64,000 nt of DNA from Thermodesulfobacteriota bacterium (GTDB taxonomy: Bacteria > Desulfobacterota_D > UBA1144 > Nemesobacterales > Mycalebacteriaceae), in contig OZ242184.1 of assembly GCA_965205855.1 (NCBI GenBank), forward strand, positions 886,570-950,569. The letters are read 5' to 3'. Positions 1 through 11,124 of this stretch are shown piece after piece. Each line of letters starts with the position of its first letter. The first letter of the stretch is position 1. A program made the position numbers and the translations under genes. Below the pieces are notes generated by a model. The model was given only the letters and a program-made list of their open reading frames with translations. It was not told where the DNA came from and did not search any database.

Positions 1-913
1 CTCAAAGCGGAATATGTCCGTTGACATTTTCGGAGAGAAATTCTCAATGCCGATTTTTGTGGCTCCGACTGCTTTTCACGGGCTTGCATCACCCGAAGCG
101 GAGATTGCAACTGTAAAAGCCGCAAAAAAGGCACAAACGCTTATGATTCTCAGCACTCTTTCAAACACAACCCTTGAGAATGTGAAAAAAGAGACGTCCG
201 TTCCGCTTTTGTTTCAGCTGTATGTCTACAGAGACAGAAGTGCCACGGCGGAGCTTGTGAAAAGAGCCGAACAAGCGGGATACAAAGCAATTGTTGTTAC
301 GGTGGACGCGCCCATTCTCGGAACGCGCGAACGCGATGTGCGCAACGACTTCAAACTTCCCGAAGGACTGACCATAAGAAACATGACTCCGATGCAACTT
401 GAGAAAATGAGCAAGGAATCCGGCTCCGGTCTCGGCAACTACTTTGCCTCGTCAATAGACCCTTCCCTTTCGTGGAAAGACATTGAATGGCTCAAAAGCA
501 TAACAAAACTTCCCGTTCTCGTGAAGGGAGTTGTTCATCCCGAAGACGCGAAGATTGCGCTTAAAAGCGGAGCGGACGGAATTGTGGTTTCAAATCATGG
601 CGGAAGACAGTTGGATACAAGCCCGGCGACAATAGACGCGCTCCCCGATGTCGCAAAGGCTATGGACGGAAAGGGATTGCTGTTTGTGGACGGCGGGGTA
701 CGGCGCGGAACCGATGTTTTCAAGGCGCTTGCACTTGGAGCGGACGCCGTTCTTGTGGGAAGGCCTGTCCTGTGGGGACTTGCCGCAAGAGGCGAAGAAG
801 GAGCTTCTGCGGTGCTTGAAATCCTCAGAGCCGAGTTTGACAAAACGATGATGCTCTGCGGATTCTGCTCCGTGGATGAGATAAAACGAAAGGGAAAAGA
901 GATTCTGTTTTAG
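1..913 (+). CDS. FMN-dependent alpha-hydroxy acid dehydrogenase (glycolate oxidase / L-lactate dehydrogenase family). 5' end lies outside the window, so roughly 75 N-terminal residues are missing
   Basis: The translation aligns along its length with glycolate oxidase/LldD family proteins (SMPI..APTA, LFQLYVY, VDAPILGTRERD, SNHGGRQLD, GGVRRGTDVFKALALGA). The reading frame stays open back to the window edge. Confidence 0.85.
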   Translation, partial: SKRNMSVDIFGEKFSMPIFVAPTAFHGLASPEAEIATVKAAKKAQTLMILSTLSNTTLENVKKETSVPLLFQLYVYRDRSATAELVKRAEQAGYKAIVVTVDAPILGTRERDVRNDFKLPEGLTIRNMTPMQLEKMSKESGSGLGNYFASSIDPSLSWKDIEWLKSITKLPVLVKGVVHPEDAKIALKSGADGIVVSNHGGRQLDTSPATIDALPDVAKAMDGKGLLFVDGGVRRGTDVFKALALGADAVLVGRPVLWGLAARGEEGASAVLEILRAEFDKTMMLCGFCSVDEIKRKGKEILF

Positions 914-923
914 TTTCCTCAGA

Positions 924-1271
924 TTAAAGCAAATTATAAATCAACATAAATACATAGCGCATATTCGGGCTTGTTTTCTGCATGTTAAGTTTTGGCTGAA
1001 GGTTGTTTATGCCCCCGAAAAGAGCGGCGTTGTAGGCTCCCGCTACAATTTTGAACTCTTCAAAATCAACCACCGGCTCATCAGGCACCGAAAGCGGGCG
1101 CACATTCCTTTCCGCTCCGGTGATTTTAATGCCACCCCCCTCAACCCTGGCAAGAAACCATCTCTGAGAATCCGGCAACATATACTCTATGCCGTCTCCG
1201 ACTTTTTTCTTCAATAGTTCCCACTCTTTTTCGGGCGAATCGCCGAAATCCAATTTTCTGTCTTTAAGCAT
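924..1271 (-). CDS. hypothetical protein
   Basis: 115-aa ORF with no recognisable motif. Sits in a gap between two well-supported genes. Confidence 0.35.
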   Translation of the reverse strand: MLKDRKLDFGDSPEKEWELLKKKVGDGIEYMLPDSQRWFLARVEGGGIKITGAERNVRPLSVPDEPVVDFEEFKIVAGAYNAALFGGINNLQPKLNMQKTSPNMRYVFMLIYNLL

Positions 1272-1333
1272 TTTACACTTCCCTTTTTCAGTTGTTTGGC
1301 TTTAATATAACTGACCTATACAATTAGCCGAGT

Positions 1334-2704
1334 ATGGAAAATCAAGAACTGACAGAATCCGTAAAAAAACACATTAAAAACGGAAACAGGGCGGGAATTT
1401 TCCACGCGCTCTCTGAAATTCATCCTTCTGAAATAGCAAAGATTATAGACCCTCTGGAGACCGAAGAGCAGTCTTTTGTGCTTTCCTCCCTCGGAGTTCA
1501 AATATCTTCGGAAGTCATACCAGAGATGGACGAGAATGTCCGCGAAGAACTGCTTTCCAGACTTGATGAACAGCAGATAGCCGATATTGCCGGGAATATG
1601 GATTCGGACGACGCGGCGGATCTCATACAGGAACTGCCTGAAGAAAAAGCCGAAGAGGTTCTTTCCAAAATAGACCCCGAAGAGCTCAGGGAAGTTGAGC
1701 CTCTGCTCAAATACCCCGATGACTCCGCGGGCGGAATCATGCAAACAGAAGTTCTCACTGGAGGCACGGAGTCACCGGTCAGGGAAACCGTTGAGCGGAT
1801 TAGAGAACTCTCCCGTTCAAGAGAGATTGAGGAATACCAGAGAGTCTATGTGGTTGACGACCTGGACAAACTGGTTGGAATGGTCTCCCTTGGAAAACTC
1901 GCGATTTCGGACTCGGCGGCACCTCTGCGCGACATTATGGAGTCGGCAGAGATCACCCTGTCTCCGCTTACGGATCAGGAGGAAACCGCCGTTTTGTTCC
2001 GGAAATACAATCTGCTTTCCGCTCCCGTAATAGACGAAGACGGAAAACTTCTCGGCAGAATAACCGGCGACGACATTATGGATGTCATATCCGAGGAAGC
2101 CGAGGAAGACATATACCAGTTGGTCGGACTGGGAGACCATTTACACCCGATACATACTCCCACCGCGGAAAGAATTAAAGTCAGAATACCCTGGATTATT
2201 CTTACGCTTCTGGGAGAGCTTCTCATAGCGTTTGTGGTTCTGCACAACTTCCAGGTTACGCTTGAGCAGTTTGCCATCCTTGCCGCTTTTATGCCGGCGA
2301 TTATGGCGGCGGGCGGAAACGTCGGGGTTCAGACAAACACGGTTATCATAAGGTCGCTGGGAATGGAAACCATCAGAGGTAGCGGGCAGATATTGTCCAT
2401 CCTCCTCGCTGAAATAAAAGTCGGGTTCATCCTGGGAGTGATATGCGGAGTTATAGGGGCCATTACAGTGGAGCTTATAAATACCAAACCGGAACAGATA
2501 GACAACCTCGCGGTTGGCGCCACGGTTTTTATAGCCATGATTTCGGCAACAGTCGCCACATCTTCAATAGGGGTTTTTCTCCCGATAGTTTTGAAAAAAC
2601 TTAACATAGACCCCGCGGCTTCATCCGGGCCCTTCCTGATGATGTTCAATGACATACTTGGTTCGGTTTTCTACCTCTTTTTGGGAACATTGTTGCTGTT
2701 TTGA
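1334..2704 (+). CDS. mgtE: magnesium transporter MgtE
   Basis: N-terminal MgtE domain, tandem CBS domains and a C-terminal 5-TM channel domain, at typical MgtE length (456 aa). Confidence 0.9.
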   Translation: MENQELTESVKKHIKNGNRAGIFHALSEIHPSEIAKIIDPLETEEQSFVLSSLGVQISSEVIPEMDENVREELLSRLDEQQIADIAGNMDSDDAADLIQELPEEKAEEVLSKIDPEELREVEPLLKYPDDSAGGIMQTEVLTGGTESPVRETVERIRELSRSREIEEYQRVYVVDDLDKLVGMVSLGKLAISDSAAPLRDIMESAEITLSPLTDQEETAVLFRKYNLLSAPVIDEDGKLLGRITGDDIMDVISEEAEEDIYQLVGLGDHLHPIHTPTAERIKVRIPWIILTLLGELLIAFVVLHNFQVTLEQFAILAAFMPAIMAAGGNVGVQTNTVIIRSLGMETIRGSGQILSILLAEIKVGFILGVICGVIGAITVELINTKPEQIDNLAVGATVFIAMISATVATSSIGVFLPIVLKKLNIDPAASSGPFLMMFNDILGSVFYLFLGTLLLF

Positions 2705-3414
2705 CAAACCGCAATATAAAAAGCTGCGAGGCTTTGGTTATAAAAAAAACTCCGCTCGGCGAATCCGATATCGCGGTTGTGTTTTTCACAAAAGAGTTCG
2801 GCAAGCTCAGAGCGACGGCAAAGAATGCGGTTTCGAGCAGAAAAAGATTCGGCGGTCGGCTTGAACTTTTCACCCGTCTGAAAATTGAACTGAGAAAGAC
2901 CCTCGCGGGTACGACAACGCTGGAAAGCGCGGAATTGATAAAGAGTTTTGAAGATGTGGTAAAAGACATGAGAATCTTTCTCAAGGCAAACTGCATTGTT
3001 GAGTTTATAGACGCGGCACTACCGGAAAACGAAGAGCCGTGTGAAATAATGTTCACTGAAGCGCTGAAAGCCTTTTCATCAATGGAAAAAGGAGACGGGA
3101 TTGCGGCGATGATAAAATTCCAAATGGTCTCTCTTGAAACCCTCGGATACGGAGCGGATTTGTCGCGTTGTGGCGAGTGCGAAAGAAATGATTTCGCACG
3201 TGGGTCGCTGGTTTTTTCGACCGGTCTTTTCCTGTGCGACGAGTGCGGACGCAAAGAGGTAGCAAAGCCCGCGAAGAAAATCATGCGCGCAAACGCCCTC
3301 GTAGAAGACGAAGACGCGTTTGAAACCATCAACTGCCTGAACGCTTTCTTTCAATATCAGACGGGAAAAATATTGAAATCCGCGAAAGTTCTGGAGAGTA
3401 TGTTGCTGATATGA
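2701..3414 (+). CDS. recO: DNA repair protein RecO
   Basis: N-terminal OB-fold region. C-terminal zinc finger CGEC...CDECG. Start overlaps the mgtE stop. Confidence 0.85.
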   Translation: MTNRNIKSCEALVIKKTPLGESDIAVVFFTKEFGKLRATAKNAVSSRKRFGGRLELFTRLKIELRKTLAGTTTLESAELIKSFEDVVKDMRIFLKANCIVEFIDAALPENEEPCEIMFTEALKAFSSMEKGDGIAAMIKFQMVSLETLGYGADLSRCGECERNDFARGSLVFSTGLFLCDECGRKEVAKPAKKIMRANALVEDEDAFETINCLNAFFQYQTGKILKSAKVLESMLLI

Positions 3415-4622
3415 GCGCTGCAAAGTTAAAAAAAAATTCTCCCGTTTCGGTTCCAGGGTTTCTGTTCAGTTCGCTTTCGTGCGGAATAAAAAAAGGCGGA
3501 AAGCCCGATCTCGCGCTTATCTATGCGGAGAAACCCGCGGTCACGGCGGCGATATTCACAAAAAACAGACTCAAGGCCGCTCCGGTTCTTCTGGGAATGA
3601 AGCGCGTAAAACAGGGAAAATGCCAAGCGCTTTTGATAAACAGCGGACATGCGAACGCGATAACCGGAAAGGAAGGCGGCAAAGCGGCGGAATTGACCAC
3701 ACGTGCTCTCGCGGGCAAATTAAAAATTCCCCCCGGCCTTGTCATACCTTCGTCAACGGGACTGATTGGCGGAAGGTTTCCTTCCGGAAAAATTGTAAAA
3801 GCGGTTCCGCGCCTGATTTCACAACTTTCCGCAAGCGGAGCAGACAAAACGGCGCGCGCGATAATGACAACCGACCGGTTTTCAAAAATCTCTTCAAGAA
3901 AAATTAAAATCGGCGGACTTGCGGGAACCGTCTGCGCAATTGGAAAAGGCGCGGGGATGATTGCGCCTGACATGGCGACAATGCTTTGTTTTGTTCTGAC
4001 CGACATAAATATTTCAAAAACTTTCTCCGGAAAAATATTGCGAAAAGCCGCCGATGGCTCATTCAACCGCATAATTGTGGACGGCGATATGTCAACAAAC
4101 GATTCGGTGTTTCTTCTTTCAAGCGGAGAGCTGGGAAACAAAACCCTCGCGCCCGAAAGCACGGACAGCAAACGTTTTGACAAAGCCGTTTGCGAGGTGT
4201 GTTTTGACATCGCGCAAATGATAGTCAGGGACGGCGAAGGGGCGACAAAGACCGCGCGTATTGAAGTTGAAGGAGCAAAAAATGACCGTGATGCGGATAA
4301 AGTCGCGAGGGCTGTGGGTGGGTCTGTCCTTGTAAAATGCGCGCTTTTCGGAGAAGACCCTAATTTTGGCAGATTTGCTGCGGCTGCGGGGAGGTCCGGA
4401 GCGAATTTCAATCCCGCAAAAATGGATATTTTTATCGGCGCACTGAGGGTTGTAAGCGGCGGAAAAGAAATGACAAATGCTGAAAAAAAAGCCGCGGAAA
4501 TAATGAAAAAGGATGATTTGATAATAAAAATCCGCCTTTTCGAAGGAAAAGGAAAAGCGTTTACGCTTGTGTCAGACCTATCACTTGACTATGTGAAACT
4601 GAACTCGGAATATAGGAGTTAA
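3411..4622 (+). CDS. argJ: bifunctional glutamate N-acetyltransferase / amino-acid acetyltransferase ArgJ
   Basis: ArgJ family signature, including the autocatalytic cleavage site ..PDMATMLCFVLTD.. Length 403 aa. Confidence 0.9.
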   Translation: MSAAKLKKNSPVSVPGFLFSSLSCGIKKGGKPDLALIYAEKPAVTAAIFTKNRLKAAPVLLGMKRVKQGKCQALLINSGHANAITGKEGGKAAELTTRALAGKLKIPPGLVIPSSTGLIGGRFPSGKIVKAVPRLISQLSASGADKTARAIMTTDRFSKISSRKIKIGGLAGTVCAIGKGAGMIAPDMATMLCFVLTDINISKTFSGKILRKAADGSFNRIIVDGDMSTNDSVFLLSSGELGNKTLAPESTDSKRFDKAVCEVCFDIAQMIVRDGEGATKTARIEVEGAKNDRDADKVARAVGGSVLVKCALFGEDPNFGRFAAAAGRSGANFNPAKMDIFIGALRVVSGGKEMTNAEKKAAEIMKKDDLIIKIRLFEGKGKAFTLVSDLSLDYVKLNSEYRS

Positions 4623-4644
4623 GTGCCGCCTGAAAATCAGGCAA

Positions 4645-5742
4645 TTATTCCGTCCCCACAATTTCCGCAACAGAGTCAACCCCCTCCCTTTCCATAAAAC
4701 GCGCGATGCCCCTGTTGATTTGAGACGCGACACCGGAGCCCTCTCCCCTTATTGCCGTAAATACCTGAACGGCATTCGCTCCGGCTTTGATTTTCTCAAG
4801 AGCGGTTTTCGTATCCTTTACCCCGCCAGAGCCGATAATTGTCATTTTCCCTCCGGTCTGCGAGCGGATGTATCTAATCCGGTTTGTTGAGAGTTTTCTG
4901 TAACCCTCATCATCACCGCTTATTCCGCCGCTTTCGTCCTTCCATCTTGCGCCGTATTTTGATTTTATCCCGGAAGAACTGGTTGTGTTCGTGGCAATAA
5001 TGCCCGATGCGCCAGTTGTTTCAACCGCTTCAATCACCTCGTCTGTTTCAGAATGTGAAATCTCAGGAGATATTTTCACATAAACAGGAATTTTTTTGTC
5101 TTGTGAGGCAATTGTAACGACACTTTGAAGTATTTGATAAAGTGCATCTCTGCGCTGTAAATCCCTTAATCCCGGCGTATTCGGGGAGCTGACATTAACG
5201 GCGAAATATGACGCGAACGGAAGCAGTTTCCGAGCAACCGCCGCATGGTCTTTCGGAGCGTTTTCCGATGGAACTCCTCTGTTGAAACCGATGCTTATTC
5301 CTATGGGAATTGGGAACGGAGCAGTGTTTTGAAGGTTTTGGGCAACCCCCCCTGCGCCCGGGCTGTTAAAACCGAGCCGATTCAGGAACACTCCGGGGGC
5401 CAGAGAGAAAAGGCGCGGTTTCGGATTTCCGGGTTGGGGATGAAGGGTTACCGAACCAATTTCCACGCAAGAAAAACCGAGAGCGTAGATACCGGAAATT
5501 GCCCTTCCCTTTTTGTCCCAACCCGCCCCGACAATAAGCGGGTTTTCAAGGCGCAGACCGTCAATCTCAACCTCAAGCCGCTTATCTTTGAACCTTCTCC
5601 CGCTGTTTGCGGCAAGCTCGGCAAGCAAAAGCGTAATTCGCGTTTTAGCGGCAAAATGCAACCCTTCAACTGCAAGAAAATGAAGGGTTTCGGAATCTAA
5701 TCTGTCAAGAAACGGGCTTACAAAATTTTTATAGATTGACAT
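4645..5742 (-). CDS. pyrD: dihydroorotate dehydrogenase (quinone), class 2
   Basis: Class 2 PyrD with N-terminal membrane-association extension. FMN-binding TIM barrel motifs GFNSPG, GANAVQVFT. Confidence 0.9.
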   Translation of the reverse strand: MSIYKNFVSPFLDRLDSETLHFLAVEGLHFAAKTRITLLLAELAANSGRRFKDKRLEVEIDGLRLENPLIVGAGWDKKGRAISGIYALGFSCVEIGSVTLHPQPGNPKPRLFSLAPGVFLNRLGFNSPGAGGVAQNLQNTAPFPIPIGISIGFNRGVPSENAPKDHAAVARKLLPFASYFAVNVSSPNTPGLRDLQRRDALYQILQSVVTIASQDKKIPVYVKISPEISHSETDEVIEAVETTGASGIIATNTTSSSGIKSKYGARWKDESGGISGDDEGYRKLSTNRIRYIRSQTGGKMTIIGSGGVKDTKTALEKIKAGANAVQVFTAIRGEGSGVASQINRGIARFMEREGVDSVAEIVGTE

Positions 5743-5751
5743 TTCAACCCT

Positions 5752-6837
5752 CTACACATTGAAACGAAAAAGCATAATATCCCCGTCACAAACTTCATAG
5801 CCTTTTCCCTCGGCTCTCATTTTTCCGGCTTCCTTCGCCGCCGATTCGGAACCGGCGACGATGAAATCTTCATATTTTATTGTTTCCGCCCTTATAAAAC
5901 CTTTTTCAAAATCGGAATGAATAACTCCCGCCGCCGCAGGCGCCTTTGTTCCCAGTTTTATAGTCCACGCCTTCACCTCCTTGGGTCCGGCGGTGAAATA
6001 GGTTATAAGTCCCAAGCCTTTGTAAGCCGCTTGCACAAGTTTTTCAAGTCCTGTTCTGTCAATGCCCATTTCATTGAAGAACTCTTCCCTTTCTTCAAGG
6101 TCAAGCCCTGATATTTCTTCTTCTATTTTCGCGCAGATGTTCACTACGGGGCTTGAGGTTTTCTGTGCGTGAAGTTCCACCTGTTTTGAAAATTCGGACT
6201 CCCGCGCCACATCATCAATATTGCACACATACAAAACCGGCTTCGCGGTCAGCAAAAAAAGTTGCTGTTCTTTCTCAATCTCAAGCCAATCACAATGGCC
6301 GCGGACGGAATTGCCGTCTTCAATAAACTCTCTCAGTTTTCTAACATCAGACAGCTGTTTTTTTATGTCTTTGTCGCCGCTTTTGGCTTGCGTAGCAAGT
6401 TTCTGTTCTTTTTTTTCCAGAGTTTCAAGATCTTTCAATATCAGTTCGGTCTCAATTGTCTCAATGTCACGCCCGGGATTCAAAACGCCGTCAACATGCG
6501 TAACATCACCGTCCTCAAAACATCGGACGACATGAACTATTAAATCCATCTCGCGTATATGAGAAAGAAAAGCGTTGCCCTTGCCCTTGCCCTCGGACGC
6601 GCCCTTCACAATTCCCGCGATGTCAACAAACTCGATAAAAGCCGGAACCATTTTTTCGGGTTTCACAAATGACTGTATTTTTTCAAGCCGCTCGTCAGGA
6701 ACCGCAGCAACACCGATGTTCGGCTCTATTGTGCAGAAAGGGAAGTTTGCTGCTTCCGCGTTTCCGTTAGAAAGAGAGTTGAAAAGTGTTGATTTGCCCA
6801 CATTGGGAAGCCCTACCACGCCGCATTTGAGTCCCAT
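5752..6837 (-). CDS. ychF: redox-regulated ribosome-binding ATPase YchF
   Basis: MGLKCGVVGLPNVGKSTLFN P-loop, TGS domain at the C-terminus. The ORF-track start at 6915 is TTG and overlaps tRNA-His. The internal ATG (MGLKCG) at 6837 is the likely start. Confidence 0.9.
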   Translation of the reverse strand: MGLKCGVVGLPNVGKSTLFNSLSNGNAEAANFPFCTIEPNIGVAAVPDERLEKIQSFVKPEKMVPAFIEFVDIAGIVKGASEGKGKGNAFLSHIREMDLIVHVVRCFEDGDVTHVDGVLNPGRDIETIETELILKDLETLEKKEQKLATQAKSGDKDIKKQLSDVRKLREFIEDGNSVRGHCDWLEIEKEQQLFLLTAKPVLYVCNIDDVARESEFSKQVELHAQKTSSPVVNICAKIEEEISGLDLEEREEFFNEMGIDRTGLEKLVQAAYKGLGLITYFTAGPKEVKAWTIKLGTKAPAAAGVIHSDFEKGFIRAETIKYEDFIVAGSESAAKEAGKMRAEGKGYEVCDGDIMLFRFNV

Positions 6838-6870
6838 AATTTTTTCTTTCCTGGTATTTCCCTTTAAAAG

Positions 6871-6949
6871 TGGGGTGAATGACCGGATTTGAACCGGCGA
6901 CCTCCGAGGCCACAACTCGGCGCTCTAACCATGCTGAGCTACATCCACC
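6871..6949 (-). tRNA. tRNA-His (GTG) with encoded G-1 and 3' CCA
   Basis: Manual cloverleaf fold: acceptor GTGGATG/CATTCAC (one G-U), anticodon loop TTGTGGC, T-loop TTCAAAT, extra 5' G pairing with discriminator C. Confidence 0.85.
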
Positions 6950-6956
6950 ATATTTT

Positions 6957-7031
<75 letters not shown>

Positions 7032-7054
7032 AATATCGTATCAAATTCCGCAAG

Positions 7055-7131
7055 TGGTCGGGGCGAGAGGGCTCGAACCTCCGACCCCGGCGCCCCAAAC
7101 GCCGTGCGCTACCAAACTGCGCCACGCCCCG
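7055..7131 (-). tRNA. tRNA-Pro (TGG) with encoded CCA
   Basis: Acceptor CGGGGCG/CGCCCCG, anticodon loop TTTGGGG, T-loop TTCGAGC. Confidence 0.85.
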
Positions 7132-7208
7132 AATCCGATGCGGTTTTTCCTATTATACATTGAGAAAAAGACGGGACAATGAAAAAAAACAACTGCGGAA
7201 TGCGCATT

Positions 7209-8105
7209 TCAGTTTTCCATTCTGAATTTTTTCCAATATCTGACAAGCCCGCCGGTGTTCATCCCCACAGTGTCGGTCTTTCTGTATGTTTCGAGAAGGT
7301 CTTTGCCGTTTGTACTTTCAGTCACGCGCTTGTCAAGAATGTCCTGAAACTCACGGGTGATTTCGTCTTCGGACGTGCCACTTTCCACTTTTTCACCGAT
7401 CCAGGATGAAAATTCCTCAAGATTTGCGGATAATTCGTCCAGATGCGCTACAACATCGGTCGCGGGTCCAAAATGTGTCGGACAAAGGGTTTCGGGCGCG
7501 ATGCCGCGAATGGTTTTTATGGTTTCCTGCCAGAGTTCTATGTTGATTTCGGGCGGCGGAGTCGGAGGAATCACCGCGCCGCCTTCTATTCTGACACCCG
7601 TGGCGTCTCCCGTGAAAAGAGTTCCGTCTTCTTCGCAAAGGTAGCAGTGGTGGTGCCCCGCATGACCGGGAGTGTCAAAAGCCCGTATTTTTAAATTGCC
7701 TACCGAGACCGTGTCGCCGCCGTTGACAACACGAACTTTGTCCTCCGGCACGGGAAGTACTTCGCCCCAAAGCGTTTTCATTTTGTCTCCGAAAACTCTA
7801 GTGGCAGAGGATACAAGACGTTCGGGCGCGGTTAAATGCACCGCTCCGTTGGGATGAACATACACCCGCGCCCCGTTTTGAGCGTACTTCCACGCGCCGC
7901 CACTGTGATCAAGATGTATGTGAGTTACAAAAACGTGTTTTATATCCCCAAGCGACAAGCCAAGCCGCTCAAGATTTTTTTCAACATTCTGAGATGTGGA
8001 TTCCGGACCGCTCTCTATCAGAACAATGCCATCCGAGCTTTCAAACAAGTATGAGGCGATAACCCGCGGAGAAAGAAAATTGTGGTCTATTATCTTTGCT
8101 CTCAT
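7209..8105 (-). CDS. MBL-fold metallo-hydrolase
   Basis: HxHxDH motif (HIHLDHSGG) and downstream His/Asp ligands typical of the metallo-beta-lactamase fold. Confidence 0.8.
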   Translation of the reverse strand: MRAKIIDHNFLSPRVIASYLFESSDGIVLIESGPESTSQNVEKNLERLGLSLGDIKHVFVTHIHLDHSGGAWKYAQNGARVYVHPNGAVHLTAPERLVSSATRVFGDKMKTLWGEVLPVPEDKVRVVNGGDTVSVGNLKIRAFDTPGHAGHHHCYLCEEDGTLFTGDATGVRIEGGAVIPPTPPPEINIELWQETIKTIRGIAPETLCPTHFGPATDVVAHLDELSANLEEFSSWIGEKVESGTSEDEITREFQDILDKRVTESTNGKDLLETYRKTDTVGMNTGGLVRYWKKFRMEN

Positions 8106-8152
8106 AAATTACAATCTACTATCAGAAGTTTTTTTTACAAGGCGCAAAAACC

Positions 8153-9037
8153 ATGACCCCGATACTCAAATTGAAAACTACGAAAAAATCCGCCGATATA
8201 TGGATAAAACTTGAGAATATAAGCAACTCGGGAAGCTCCAAGGAAAGAATCTGCTCCGCGATAATTTCTGATGCGGAAAACAGAGGGAAACTCCATCCCG
8301 GCAAAACAACCGTGGTTGAGGCGACAAGCGGCAACACGGGCATCGCGCTCTCGCTTGTGTGCGTCGAAAAAGGATACCGCACGACTCTTTTCATGCCCGA
8401 AAACACCGCCGCCGAAAAAAAATCCCTTGCCAGGCTGTTCGGCGCGGAAATTGTTGAAACCCCCTCGGATGAGTCCTTGCGGGGGGCGATAAGAAGAGCC
8501 GGAAAGTTTGCCGCTGAAATGCCGGATGAGCGTTTCTTTGCCAATCAGTTCTCAAACCCGTTGAACCCCGCAACGCACAGGACACAAACCGCGCGTGAAA
8601 TAATCGCTCAGGCAAAACAAAAGGACACCGGTGCAATAGACGCTTTTATAATGGGGGTCGGCACCGGCGGAACAATTACGGGCGTGGGGCTTGAGATTAA
8701 AAATGTATTCCCGAACGCCGAAGTCGTCGCCGTTGAGCCTGAATCTTCGGCGGTTCTCTCCGGCGGAAAGCCCGGGAAACACTCAATTTCTGGCATAGGA
8801 ACGGGTTTTATTCCGGATATTCTGGACACCGGAGCATATAACCGGGTGGTTACCGTAACGGATGGTGAAGCATTGAAGGGAGTCTCCGAACTTGCCCTTA
8901 ACAACGGGATCTTCGCGGGAATTTCATCCGGCGCGAACTATGTCGCCGCATTGAAAATGGCGGAAGAACTGGGTCCGGAAAAACAGGTTTTCACCATCGC
9001 GTGCGATTCGGGAAACCGTTATATTTCAATGAAATAA
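8153..9037 (+). CDS. cysK: cysteine synthase (O-acetylserine sulfhydrylase), PLP-dependent
   Basis: PALP-fold with the PLP-lysine region NSGSSKERI, plus GNTGIALS and the glycine-rich loop GVGTGGTITG. Confidence 0.85.
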   Translation: MTPILKLKTTKKSADIWIKLENISNSGSSKERICSAIISDAENRGKLHPGKTTVVEATSGNTGIALSLVCVEKGYRTTLFMPENTAAEKKSLARLFGAEIVETPSDESLRGAIRRAGKFAAEMPDERFFANQFSNPLNPATHRTQTAREIIAQAKQKDTGAIDAFIMGVGTGGTITGVGLEIKNVFPNAEVVAVEPESSAVLSGGKPGKHSISGIGTGFIPDILDTGAYNRVVTVTDGEALKGVSELALNNGIFAGISSGANYVAALKMAEELGPEKQVFTIACDSGNRYISMK

Positions 9038-9100
9038 AACACGTCCCCACCATAAAGGTTGAAACACATTGTCGCGTATGATATTTTCACAAAATACCCA

Positions 9101-11047
9101 ATGAAAAGTAGCATATTCAAGAATATATTCATCTGGTTGCTGATTTTTGTCGGTCTCGTAGCGTTCTATCAGTTCAGGGGAATGCCGCAAGACAAGCCGC
9201 TGGAAATATCCTACAGCGATTTTCTCGCCCATGTTGAAAACGGGAAAATCAGCAGTGTGGAAATAACCCTTGAAGATAGCTTAATTCAGGGCTCATTTAC
9301 AAAAGGATTTATCCCGCTGCAAGAGGCATTGCCTGAAAACGCCGCGTCTGTACAAGGCGCTGAAGCGAACAAAACCGACCGGTCTGTTACTTTCAAAACA
9401 TTCGGTCCCGTGGAAGAGAACTACCTGCTTCAAACTCTCAGAGAAAACGGAGTAAAGTTCAGTTACGCGAAAAATTCGGGTAGAAGCTTCGGGCAGATTT
9501 TAATAAGCTGGGGACCGTTTCTGCTCCTTATAATACTTATGGTTTTCTTTCTGCGCCAGATTCAGGCAGGCGGCTCAAAAGCGATGTCCTTCGGCAAGAA
9601 CAAGGCTAAAAAACTGGACACTGAAAACAACAAAATAACATTTGACGATGTGGCGGGAATCGAAGAAGCAAAAGAGGAAGTCGGAGAGATAGTAGACTTT
9701 CTGCAAAACCCGGCAAGGTTCACTTCAATAGGAGGCAAAATTCCGAAAGGGGTGTTGCTTGTTGGGCCCCCCGGAACGGGAAAAACCCTTCTCGCCCGCG
9801 CGATTGCGGGAGAAGCCAACGTTCCATTTTTTCTGATAAGCGGAAGTGATTTTGTTGAAATGTTTGTTGGCGTCGGCGCTTCAAGGGTCAGAGACCTTTT
9901 CGCTCAGGCGAAAAAGAGTGCTCCATGCATAATATTTGTGGATGAACTTGACGCGGTCGGCAGGCACAGAGGAGCTGGTCTTGGAGGAGGCCATGATGAA
10001 AGGGAGCAAACCCTCAACCAGCTTCTTGTGGAAATGGACGGCTTTGAAAACAACAGGGGAACAATAGTTATGGCGGCAACAAACCGTCCCGATGTTCTTG
10101 ACCCTGCGCTTCTGCGTCCGGGGAGGTTTGATAGACAGATAGTTGTTTCCAGACCCGACTTCAAAGGACGCAAAGCCATACTTCAGGTTCACTCAAGAAA
10201 AACCCCTCTGCAAACAAATGTGGACCTTGAGGTAATAGCACTGTCAACTCCGGGGTTTTCCGGCGCGGATCTTGAAAACCTTGTGAATGAGTCGGTTCTT
10301 CACGCTGCGCGCAATGGAAACAAGATGGTCTCAATGGAAGACTTTGAATACGCCAAGGACAAAATAATGATGGGTTCGGAAAGAAAAAGTCTTGTCATAA
10401 ATGAGAAAGAGCGGAATATCACTGCTTACCACGAAGCCGGACACGCCGTGGTCGCAAAACTCACTCCGGGCGCGGACCCAGTGCACAAGGTAACAATTAT
10501 TCCGCGTGGAATGGCTCTCGGCCTCACGCAGCAGATACCCAAAGAAGACACATACACACAGTCGCGCTCTTATCTGAACACTTTGATAATGGTGCTGCTC
10601 GGCGGGCGCGCAGCGGAAGAAATCATCTTCGGAGAACGCACAAGCGGAGCCGGAAACGATTTGAAAAGAGTTACCGAAATAGCCAGAAAGATGGTCTGCG
10701 AGTGGGGAATGAGCGAAAAAATAGGCCCCATATCACTCGCGAAAACCGAAGAGCAAGTTTTCCTCGGAAAAGAGTTTGCGAAAGCATTCGACCACAGTCA
10801 GCGGACCGCCGAAAAAATAGACATGGAAATCAAAGCGATTGTGGAAATGAACTATGGGAAAAGCAAAAGGGTTTTGAACAACAACATAGAACTGCTCAAA
10901 TCGGTTGCCAAGAGGCTTTTAAAAAAAGAAAGCATCACCGGCAGGGAAATAGACGAAATAATGGAAGCCTCAAACCTTTTCGTCAAACATTTTAAAGACA
11001 GAAAATCCTCAGAAATGGAATCGGGGCCGCAACAAGCCCGCGCATGA
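9101..11047 (+). CDS. ftsH: ATP-dependent zinc metalloprotease FtsH
   Basis: N-terminal TM, AAA+ Walker A GPPGTGKT, second-region-of-homology, HEAGHA zinc motif. Start chosen at [10 protein letters not shown], which is the typical FtsH N-terminus. The ORF track extends 14 codons further upstream. Confidence 0.9.
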   Translation: MKSSIFKNIFIWLLIFVGLVAFYQFRGMPQDKPLEISYSDFLAHVENGKISSVEITLEDSLIQGSFTKGFIPLQEALPENAASVQGAEANKTDRSVTFKTFGPVEENYLLQTLRENGVKFSYAKNSGRSFGQILISWGPFLLLIILMVFFLRQIQAGGSKAMSFGKNKAKKLDTENNKITFDDVAGIEEAKEEVGEIVDFLQNPARFTSIGGKIPKGVLLVGPPGTGKTLLARAIAGEANVPFFLISGSDFVEMFVGVGASRVRDLFAQAKKSAPCIIFVDELDAVGRHRGAGLGGGHDEREQTLNQLLVEMDGFENNRGTIVMAATNRPDVLDPALLRPGRFDRQIVVSRPDFKGRKAILQVHSRKTPLQTNVDLEVIALSTPGFSGADLENLVNESVLHAARNGNKMVSMEDFEYAKDKIMMGSERKSLVINEKERNITAYHEAGHAVVAKLTPGADPVHKVTIIPRGMALGLTQQIPKEDTYTQSRSYLNTLIMVLLGGRAAEEIIFGERTSGAGNDLKRVTEIARKMVCEWGMSEKIGPISLAKTEEQVFLGKEFAKAFDHSQRTAEKIDMEIKAIVEMNYGKSKRVLNNNIELLKSVAKRLLKKESITGREIDEIMEASNLFVKHFKDRKSSEMESGPQQARA

Positions 11048-11124
11048 TAAAACACATGATATCAACAGTCCGGAACATCAAACCGACGCCTGCCGTTTTA
11101 AAAACAAAGAGCGGGGATATTCCA

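Noticed and set aside
3521-4411. 296-aa ORF antisense to argJ
   Set aside because: Low-complexity Ala/Ser/Pro-rich translation opposite a strongly supported gene. This is typical of spurious antisense ORFs in GC-rich coding DNA.
6221-6430. T-rich runs and short ORFs on the plus strand inside ychF
   Set aside because: These are the complement of Lys/Glu-rich coding sequence of ychF. It is not an independent feature or a repeat.
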